From Hamiltosporidium tvaerminnensis FI-OER-3-3 (taxonomy: Eukaryota > Fungi > Microsporidia): 64,000 nt of DNA. Each line of letters opens with the position of its first letter. Position 1 is the stretch's first letter. This document shows positions 54,201-64,000 of this stretch, one piece after another. A program made the translations under genes and the position numbers. The stretch covers positions 905,013-969,012 of the forward strand of contig CM061252.1 in NCBI GenBank assembly GCA_022605425.2. The letters run 5' to 3'. The notes beneath the pieces are model-generated. The model saw only the letters and a program-made list of their open reading frames with translations, did not search any database and was not told the DNA's origin.

Positions 54201-56979
54201 ATATATAGCTTTTCGGTTTCTACTTAATTTTTATGAATAGAGGATATTTTATCAAGTTTTACAAAGTTTAACGAAATATTTAATTTGTATTCAAAACACA
54301 TTTTTTTTTTGTAATTGTACTCTGTAGAAATTATTTAAATTTTACTAATCTCTTCCTCCATCTTCTATATATTGGTGCGTTGTTAACTTTAACAGAAATT
54401 CTACTTAAAAAATACATTTTCTGTCATTAAAATTCTTTATTTGCACTTCTAATTATTATTACCAAATTAAATTTTCTTTTTGATTCTTAAAAGTTTTTTT
54501 AAACAATTTTGTGATTTATGCCGGTAAACATTAAAATTTCTATGAAGTACCAAATCCAAAATATATTATCAGCACAATATTCTTTTATTTATATAATTTG
54601 TACTTTAAATGAAACTGAAGAAAACATTGAATTAAATTTAAATAATTTAACTGCACTGTAAAAGTTTCTTTTAAGTAACCTATGGTTTTTAAGATTTATG
54701 GCATATTCTCTACTAACATTATATTAATTGCTTTTTGTTATGATATCTGTAAAAATATTGAAACATAAATTCTTTTTTTATTTAAATTCTAACCCATAAG
54801 AATTAATTTGCAAGAAAAAACCGCTACTTAAGGAAAAGAATATAAATTTTACTAATAATCTTAGAAGTACAAATTGAAGTATTTAAACCCAAGAAACCAT
54901 CCTTCCTATCTTCTTTTAATATTTTTTTTAAGATCTCTACAATACTTTTAAAATGTTTACGATTTGTTTGTCGTGGAATAGAATGCAGGTTTATAATTTG
55001 ATTATGTTTTTATTCTTTTGTATAATTGAAGAGTATTTTAATTTTTTATTGGATAAATACGAAAGGATTTTGAGAAAATATTTAACTGCAGACTGATTAT
55101 AGTAAGAAATCAGACCAGTTCTTTCCATTTATATTTTTAATTTATTCTACACAATTTTTTTTGATTATTAAATGAAGATTTATAATTTCGTTTAAATACA
55201 ACAGAAAAAATGGAATCAAAAATAGTTAGAGTAGTACATAGTAGGATTTAATGAGAGGTATTATTGTCTGATATCGATCAAATTATTTTCTGATGTTAAT
55301 AACTTGTAGTATTGAAGAATTGAATATCCTTAAAAACGAAAGACAATATATTAGAATGTGATAATAGGTGTAGGAGAAGGAAAAGTTGTGGATGGATGTG
55401 ATGACATAATGAAAATATTATTTTTAAAATTTTATATTCTTGGGTTCTTAGGTATTGTTGCTCTAAATCTATAATGTATATATTTTTGAACAAATTTTAG
55501 GAAAATACTGAAATCCACAAGAAGAAACTTTTAGAGCGCGTTGTATTCTTTTTGCTTTCTATTTTTTAGAACAAACATATAATATTCAGCTAAACCATCT
55601 TCTTAATTAAATGATAGAATTGAAGCAAAAAGAATTAGAAAAAATATTGAATGATTTAAAACTTTTCATGAATATGAATAATTTTCTATTCCGATAATTT
55701 ATAATAAAAAATTCTATATCTTCATATTCTTTTATTAAATTGTTACCCTTGTATTAAAAACATTTTCTGACTTCTTTTTATCTGTTATAATATTTTCGTC
55801 GTTTTAAAAATATTTTATTAATTCTTTAAAAAAGAGAATTTAATTTGCTGATTCTTTTACAATAAAAAACCGATCCAGATTGTGATATTACAAATAAATT
55901 AATAATAAGATTTTTATACACTATACTTTCTACTATAAAACGAAACATTGAAACAGAATAAGGTTAGACCTCTAACTCATTAAGTTTCATTTAACAGTCT
56001 ATAAAAATTAACCAAAACAAACACTATTTGTTCAGATACTCTTATTTATATATACTGAAATCAAGCTCAAAAAATTAATTAATACATTAGGTATGCTTAG
56101 TGCAGATACTTTAAACTACAATAAGACACACATATGTATGAATAATAAAACAAAGGTATAAAATAGATGTTTCAGTCTCGTATAAAATATTTCTTTGTCA
56201 TTTTAATATTTCCGAGATTCGTCTTCCATTTTAATATTTAATACGTTATAAATTTATGAATGCATTGTTTAAAATAAGAATCCTAGGTATTTGCTAAATC
56301 TATATCAAAATTGAGATAGCTGTTCATTAAAAGCAATAGAAGATAAGTAAAAGCATAATTTGTAAAACTATAACTGTAAAGAAGACTTACCGAGGAGCGT
56401 TTGTATTCTATTTCGAAGTTAAAAAAATTGGTTCATTTTTTTTAGTGCCAATGGATTTCCTATACCTTTAAAAGAGATTCAAAGAAAATACTCGAATTAT
56501 TTACAGAAAATATATTTATTCAGGTTAAATTTGAATTATCCATAATTCGCATTACTTTTTATAAAATTTCTTGTATATCAATAAGTAATCCGTATAAATT
56601 CGTGTAAATTCGTAGTCTCGTTTTTAAATGGAGGTTGTTTTTTTTTAAGAATTTTAAAAGTCCAACCAGATAATTATTTAATGAAGTAATGACAGGTTTG
56701 TCTCTGAAAATACGGACTAGTAATATTAAATATTTTAATTTTTATATTCTTCAGCTTTAAAATAAATTTCGAGTAAACTCACAATAATACAATCAAAATT
56801 TGAGTGCATCTAAGCATTATACAAAGATTAATTTTTAAACTTAATAAAAGTGTTTTTAAAAACTATATTTTGCCATTTTAATTTGTATAGAGAATTAATC
56901 TAAAAAATTTGATAGAACCCAAAACCATAAGTCTATTTCTTTGTATCGATAGTTAGACGCGAAATTATAGTCACGTGTA

Positions 56980-58000
56980 TTAGACAGACATTGTTGGTAA
57001 TTAGAGAGAACACATTTATAAAAAGGGAAATCACTTTACAGATAGCATATGCAATATTCGAGTATCATGTACAGTGTTTGAAGAGAGCATTGAGATCAAA
57101 TACCAAAGTTTACATTTTTAAGGCCAGCGAGATAAAGATGATTCACTAAACTTTTTTATTTAAAATTCTAAACAGTTTCTTAAAGCTAGTTGGCAAATAG
57201 TGCTAAAAATCTGTATATTTCAAAGTTCTTTCGTTGTATACCTCTTATAAAAGTATTTCATCTAAAAAGGCAATTTTGTTCCTAAATCAGGCTCATTGCC
57301 TTGGAGTTATTGCAAAACAGGCATTAGTGCAGCCATGATTGTATATCAACATTTTTATAATTGAATAAATTCAATTTGTTTAGTAAATTCGACTTTTTTA
57401 ATCCATTGAACGGGTTATTTGTTTACTAGCCTATGCATTTATGTCTAGGCCTGAGAAAATAATCTTACATAACCCCTTCAACAAGCCATATCAGCATGAG
57501 AGTAATAGTATTGGTACTTTAAGCTGCTGATTCCAGAATAATATCAGTATCATTTGGTATTGATGGCATTTGTTGTATGGCTTCTACATATGTTTGGTAA
57601 AAGAGTTGTATCAAGGCATCATAAAATTACTACCCCAGAAATGGCAAATCCCTACGTAGCGGAATAGTATGAGGACCACTGTAGAATATGCCACGAATTA
57701 AAAATTCAGCCATATATATAGTTTTTTATTTTCTCAAGACAAATTGCTTTAACTGTACAATACAAAATGATAGTCTAGTTCTTTGATAGGTTTCTCTAAT
57801 GACTTACTTCAAACTTATCATGGTATTTTAGATAGACTGTAATACGAAGAATAAACCATATAAATCAGAGTTCATCTATTAAAACCCACTTTACCAATCG
57901 AAATACTTGAGTATCATTGTGCATTGAATTAGTTCCAATCCATACCAACCCCTGTAACTTATATATTATTAAGTAGATTTAAAATATGTCTATATATAAT
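56980..58000 (-). pseudogene. Gene relic family P, copy B
   Basis: DNA anchors shared with copy A (GAACACATTTAT, GGCTCATTGC.TT..AGTT.TTG, CTGTAGAA.ATGC.AC). GC locally elevated; reading frame interrupted. Confidence 0.65.
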
Positions 58001-61000
58001 ATAAAGATAATAATAAATTCATAGCACTTTTGATATTCTCTCTGAGAATATCCACCCTACGCACATTAAATATAATATACCTCAGACATTCCCGAAGAGA
58101 TTATCTATTCTATATACAGGGAAAAGCTTAAGGTAAAAAAAGAAAAAATTCTAGATTTTACTGAAAGTATCAAGTCAAGAAATTAGTATTATCTTAAAAA
58201 AACTTCCTAAAATATAAAAACGAGTTTTAAATTACCCAATTTCGATAATCACTGTATAATTAGTATTTAACATGTGGAAAATCAATACTTTATTCATATT
58301 ATGTACGTTTGACTTATTTACTTCGAATGAAAGATAACTAATAATATAGTCACCCTAAGTTTTAGAAAATATATTCAGGTTGCTAATATATATAGTAGTT
58401 TCTTTTGTTTTTCTTAAAAAATATAAGTATATTAATAGTTAATAAATAAAATAATTTAGCACAAAAAAAATTTGAAGAATTTTTTGCTTAAAACATAATT
58501 ATAAGTTAAAAAAATTGTAAATTTTAAACTTAAACTAGGCAAAACCAAATTAAATTTTTATTAAAACGAAAAAATATCTATTTGAGCAATCTGAAATATA
58601 ATTGGAAAAATAATTTCTAATAAAAAATCATTAATGTATATTCTATCATTTATAGAGTCAAACGGGAAAACTAGATCTAAGAAAAATTATAACAGTTTTT
58701 GACAGATTTAAAACATTATTTCTTTGTACGGTACATAAATCATCAATATAAAATATAAGATTTCACAGTTTACTATATCCAAAAAAAATATGTTTAATGT
58801 TTTTTTAAACTAGTTTAGTTTATATACTACTTAAATTTATTAATATAAATGCTTTCTTAATAGATATTATAAAAGAATGATAATCGAAGAAAGTAATATT
58901 ATATAAAACAAAAAATAAAATTTAAACCGGTTGAATGAAAATACTATTACCTTCGGATTAGAGTTACAATTTAAAATATCTTAAATTTGTAGCAAGTTCT
59001 ACTTTAGTAAAAAATATCTTGATTCCCTCCTGTATTTTTAGCCTATAGATATAAATTAAAGGTTAAAAAATAGAGATAATTCGGTCTTCATAAAACAGTT
59101 AAAGTAAGCATTGTCTCAAAATAGAGGTATTCCAAACTAGAATAAACCGTTCATTCTTCAACCAAAGTTATTTATTTAACACCTGTATTTTAAAAAATTA
59201 ACAAATTTTTAATACTACAAATAGAATTTGATATTTCTGATTTTCACAATAAAATATTTTTCTCAAGATATTTTTCGAATTTCGTTGCTAGAATACAATT
59301 CTATCCTAATGAAAACAAAAAACTGTATACAATATACTACAATAATACAAACCATTAGTAATTTCTTAGAAAATTAAAAATTGAAAAGATAAAAAATAAT
59401 TTGAACAAATTGAAGCTCACGAATATTGTTAGTAGAATTTTTTTCAGAATACAGAGCTAGAATTAAAAAAAATTAATAATTTTTTAAAAAATCTTGACTT
59501 TTGCAAAAAAACTAAAAATTCTCCATTATGTATACAGTATTACAAAGAATTTTCGGATTAATTTATTTAAAAGATACTTGATCATATAAAAATCATAAAT
59601 AAGCTGTTAAAATTCAAATCAAATCTAAAATTGTAAAAATTGCACAAATAAGATATTTGAAAAAAAATAAAAATTTAAAAAAAAAAATAAAAAATTTGAA
59701 AAGGTGTAAAAAAACGTGAAAAAACAGCTAAATTTAAGAGAGAATTTAAAAAAATTAAAGAACGCCAATAAAAACATATAAAAAACTTAAAAAAAATTGT
59801 AATTAAATCAAAAAAGATATAAAAAACTTTACAAATAAATAATTCTTGTAAATTAGTACAAATCTTTTTAAAAAATTTAAAAAATAGTTTAAAAATTTAA
59901 AAAAATCAAAAAAACTTTTAAAAAAATTTGAAACGAAGACATTTATATAAAAAATTAAAAACAGCGAACGAAATTTAAAGTATAAGCATTCGTAAGACTT
60001 TTATAAAAACAAGATTTCTAATTCACAACATATTTGCTGCATAATATTTAAATTTGTTATAAAAAAACACAAAAAACTTCCTAAAATATAAAAAAATAGA
60101 GTAAAAAGCTTATTAAAAAAGGTAATAACTAAAAAAAATACTCATACTTCTACGAAAGCAACGAAAGACTTGACAGAAAGAGAAAAAACTATAAAACAGC
60201 ACGATATTGCACAACAACTCAAAACAGAATTAGAAGGAAATAATTTATGCCATATTAACTTAGCAAGAATGTTTCAAAACCTTCGTTTTTGCGTATAATT
60301 CAAGAAAGTATTCTAAAAAAAAGTATATATTATTACGAAAATCATATACCAACAGAAAATCAATTGACATTTCAAATGTAATAACTACACAAAAATATCA
60401 TAATAAAAAATTAAGCTAAGTAGATCTTCGTTTACTTAAATATTGTAAAGTTTATATAAAAAGATATAAAGAAGTCAGATACTCAAAGTGAGCGTTTGAT
60501 CTAAGTTAGAAAGAATGTAAAAATGTATATGTCAAATTACGAAGATTAGGTAACTTAATGCCGAAGAAGAAATACAATTTAATATATATGAAAATTTTGG
60601 TACTTTAAAAGACAATATACACAAAAGAAGGAAAACAACATAGTTTATTTATAACTAAAAACTCTAACTTAACTCTTGCAAATCTAATATTTTCATGCCA
60701 TACGAAAATTATTACTAGCCCAAACTCCTTCCCGCAACTACATCTTAAAAACACAAACCACAAAATAACATATAATGCAGTATTGCCAGTTATTAACCCA
60801 GATTCTTTTTCAAAATCCTATCTACTTATAATCACCTTAATTCTAATCCAGAAACCAGATTCAAAGAAAGAGAAAGAAATAACCTCAACAAGATTAGGGT
60901 TATGGTTGGTTTCTGGTGTTGGCTAACTAGAAGATTAATTAATTTTCACACTACAATTAAATTTTTCGATTGTTCTTACTTCTTTTTTATTTTTTAAGCA

Positions 61001-61489
61001 TTTTACTTTATATTCTTTATTACATATACAAATTTCTTTCTTGGGTGATAGGTAAAAATACCATTATTAACTGTTTTTCCCTATTTAACTTATCTTTGTT
61101 TCAATTTTAATTTTTAAAAACCTGTTAGCTCAGGTAATTCCATACTTTCATCCAAAAAAATTGATTTTAAAAGAACAGTTAGGGTAAATATACTTTTTCT
61201 CTTTTCGGTAGGGATGACTTTATTTTCAAAAACGACTATTTTAACTTTTTATATTTAAATAAATCCAAAAAAAAAGTTAGGAAAAAATAATTAAATTTTT
61301 ATTTATGAATATTTTATTAGGTTCTCGTAAATCAGTTATGAAAGAAACTAACAACTCTTATCTAGTTAGTGGGGTTAAGAAATGTACCTTTCTTTGAATA
61401 AACCAGCGTGAAACAAATCTTCTTGTTTTTGAATTGGGAAAATATTTTTTATAAATTTTGCTTTATTTTTACCCCGATTACGTTCAAAA

Positions 61490-62300
61490 GATTGGTTAGG
61501 GAAACTGAGAAGTATAGTGTGAAAAAAAGATAAGTTAGGGAAAAAGAAATAGAAAGTTAGGGAACATAAAAGTGAGCTAAGGAAAAATGAAAACTATACA
61601 AGGAACTAATCAATCACTACTTTGACAAATTTAGTAGGGAAGTACATAGTATAGTTAGGGGAAAAAGAAAATTGTTCTTAAAAACGAAAGGCTAGGAAGA
61701 ACAGAATTAGTTAGGAAAAAAAGAAAGTTGTTGAAAAAAAGAAGTATTTATAGAAGAAAATATATTTAACTAAAAAAAATTCTTGGATAGAGAAACAGGA
61801 AACTTTCTGAAAAAATAATTTGTTATGGAAAAAAGTGGGGAGACAATAATTTGTTTAGCGAGACATTTTTGGGGTAGGGGAAAATGAGTAGTACTGAACA
61901 AAGGATAGGGTGTGGGATAAAAATGTTTTTGAGAAAATAATTAGTTTGGAAAAACGATTATAAAGTAAGGAAAAGAAACGGCAGAGAAAAATATATTAGT
62001 AAGGGTTGTAAAGGATTTGGTTGGGGAATTAAAACAAATATATAGATAACCCTATTGTGTATAAAAGAAAAGGTGTAGCTTTGAAAAAGGAATATTTTGA
62101 AAAAATAAAAGTAAGGCAGAAAATAGTAGGTAAGTAAAAAAAATTGTGCTGGAAAGAAAGAGAGTGGAGAAAATAATTTAATGTTCACAATTGAAATAGT
62201 GCAATTAAAAATATGTATTCTGTTAAGAAAAGATAGGGTAAGGGAATCGATTTATTAGAGACAAAAAATAATTAGGTAGGGCAACAGATTTTACTACTTA
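61490..62300 (+). repeat. Degenerate ~18-21 bp minisatellite containing TTAGGG, telomere-proximal copy
   Basis: Units such as GGTTAGGGAAACTG, AGTTAGGGAAAAAGAAATAG, AAGTTAGGGAACAT, TAGTAGGGAAG, AGTTAGGGGAAAAAG and TAGTTAGGAAAAAA. Confidence 0.7.
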
Positions 62301-62979
62301 GCACTACCGATTTAAAAAATAGATATATATAATTAGAAAATAAAAAGAACATGTTTTAAGATTGGGGAAAGGTCTATTTTTTCTCTACTTTTTGGTTGGA
62401 AATCTATAGGTACGATTAAAAAAATGTTTTCTTTTATAAATACTATTCATTTGCTTTATTCTTTTTTTAATTTTGGTCTGAAAAATATTTTTTATGGATT
62501 ATATTTTTATGATTTAAATGTTATGGTGCTAATATTATCTGATAAAAGTTACGGCATATGGTAAATATAATATCATGATTTAAAATATATTTTAGATGTG
62601 TAAGACAGTAAATCTTATTTTCTTAACATGAGTTAGGGAAAAAAAGATATCTTTATAGAAATACAAACATTGCCAAAAATTATCTATCTATGTAAAGTAG
62701 AGTATTACGGAAATAGGAAAAAAAGATAGAGAAAAATTTTAGCGATCTAGAGATTGATGTAGAAGATAAAAACTTAGTATAAATATAGTAGAAGAAAATT
62801 TTAAGAAAAAAGTAGGGTTCAAATCAAAGTAATCTATATAATGATAGACAAGTAAAGCGAATAAATATATAAAGCAGGATTATAGAAGAGTACGAAAGAA
62901 AAGGTGGGAAAATAGTAAAGAAAGTGTAAGTGTAAAAATATAATAAAAGAATTGGGGAGATAAGAGTGAAGAATAATAG

Positions 62980-63322
62980 TATAAAAATATATTTGACGAA
63001 CATATTTATTTAAAAAGAAATCCAATTACATATGAACATACATATCCGCGATAAAAATAAAAAAACAAAGATTTTGATTATGAAATAATTAAGACATTTA
63101 AAATAGTAGAGTCAAAATAGTAAGATACAGTAATAATAAATCCGTTTTGTTTGTAATGTGACTTTTCAATTTTTTAGAACGATTTTCAGAGTTTTTCTAA
63201 TTGTATACGTATATGTCTTTAAGACCTTATCTATAAAAATAGGTAATTGTGTTCAAATGTTGGACTGATTGCCTTAAAGTTCTTGTGAATGCAGTTTATG
63301 TTGCTGATAGCGTTATCAAACA
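62980..63322 (-). pseudogene. Gene relic family P, copy C; 5' part missing and replaced by the telomere
   Basis: ATTGCCTTAAAGTTCTTGTGAATGCAGTTTATGTTGCTGATAG (~63268-63310) vs ATTGCTTTAAAGTTCTTGTAAATACAATTGATGTTGTTGGTAG (~4199-4241). Colinear back to ACGAACATATTTATTTA (~62996) vs ACGAACACATTTATTTA (~3926). Confidence 0.85.
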
Positions 63323-64000
63323 AGGGTTAGGGTTAGGGTTAGGGTTAGGGTTAGGGTTAGGGTTAGGGTTAGGGTTAGGGTTAGGGTTAGGGTTAGGGTT
63401 AGGGTTAGGGTTAGGGTTAGGGTTAGGGTTAGGGTTAGGGTTAGGGTTAGGGTTAGGGTTAGGGTTAGGGTTAGGGTTAGGGTTAGGGTTAGGGTTAGGG
63501 TTAGGGTTAGGGTTAGGGTTAGGGTTAGGGTTAGGGTTAGGGTTAGGGTTAGGGTTAGGGTTAGGGTTAGGGTTAGGGTTAGGGTTAGGGTTAGGGTTAG
63601 GGTTAGGGTTAGGGTTAGGGTTAGGGTTAGGGTTAGGGTTAGGGTTAGGGTTAGGGTTAGGGTTAGGGTTAGGGTTAGGGTTAGGGTTAGGGTTAGGGTT
63701 AGGGTTAGGGTTAGGGTTAGGGTTAGGGGTTAGGGTTAGGGTTAGGGTTAGGGTTAGGGTTAGGGTTAGGGTTAGGGTTAGGGGTTAGGGTTAGGGTTAG
63801 GGTTAGGGTTAGGGTTAGGGTTAGGGTTAGGGTTAGGGTTAGGGTTAGGGTTAGGGTTAGGGTTAGGGTTAGGGTTAGGGTTAGGGTTAGGGTTAGGGTT
63901 AGGGTTAGGGTTAGGGTTAGGGTTAGGGTTAGAGGTTAGGGTTAGGGTTAGGGTTAGGGTTAGGGTTAGGGTTAGGGTTAGGGTTAGGGTTAGGGTTAGG
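63323..64000 (+). repeat. Telomere, (TTAGGG)n, G-rich strand running toward the window end
   Basis: About 112 tandem TTAGGG units with only three variants (TTAGGGG near 63723 and 63778; TTAGAGG near 63929). Confidence 0.99.

Noticed and set aside
57480-57700. DALIQLFYQTYV..SIP and YYSHADMAC resembling the Argonaute PIWI C-terminus
   Set aside because: The motifs are in different frames with wrong spacing and are not conserved in paralog P copy A.
59600-60130. A-rich low-complexity tract, and the short ORF-track entries of 63-82 aa scattered elsewhere in the window
   Set aside because: No consistent repeat unit in the tract. The short ORFs have chance-level length and composition or are fragments of relics already listed.
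1-63322. Genome-wide stop-codon reassignment (TAA/TAG/TGA as sense) to explain the interrupted frames
   Set aside because: The ~1250-codon retroelement has no in-frame stops and ends in TAA. The relics also contain frameshifts and all three stop types, and a TAA excess is expected from AT bias.
63249-63788. 179-aa ORF with GL and VR dipeptide repeats
   Set aside because: It is a read-through into the telomeric repeat. Its start is GTG in the antisense of relic P, and the GL-to-VR switch is a single extra G.
63721-63935. Variant telomere units TTAGGGG and TTAGAGG
   Set aside because: All three are single-base insertions, consistent with the insertion-type errors seen in the retroelement, so they cannot be claimed as biological.

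Overview
Very AT-rich eukaryotic chromosome end. The last 678 bp (63323-64000) are a (TTAGGG)n telomere. The only near-intact coding element is a ~3.8 kb single-ORF non-LTR retrotransposon with a restriction-like endonuclease (R4/Dong-like architecture, 5104-8912). It is flanked by a 9-bp target-site duplication and broken only by small insertion-type frameshifts, so it is probably young or intact. The other ~59 kb contain no convincing intact host gene. They are a patchwork of decayed segmental duplications: six same-orientation copies of a ~2 kb unit ('U') whose last ~330 bp are unusually conserved, plus paired or triplicated gene relics, one with a forkhead-like motif. The telomere is attached directly to the middle of one relic: 60950-63322 is a paralog of 1500-4254, which points to terminal truncation and de novo telomere addition. 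Several long imperfect hairpins occur, including a tandemly duplicated ~157-nt hairpin whose arms change in concert. Composition, telomere type and the look of the retroelement protein suggest a large-genome microsporidian (Hamiltosporidium-like); this is recollection and inference, not a database result. All alignments were done by eye, so boundaries of decayed features are approximate (about +/-50-100 bp).
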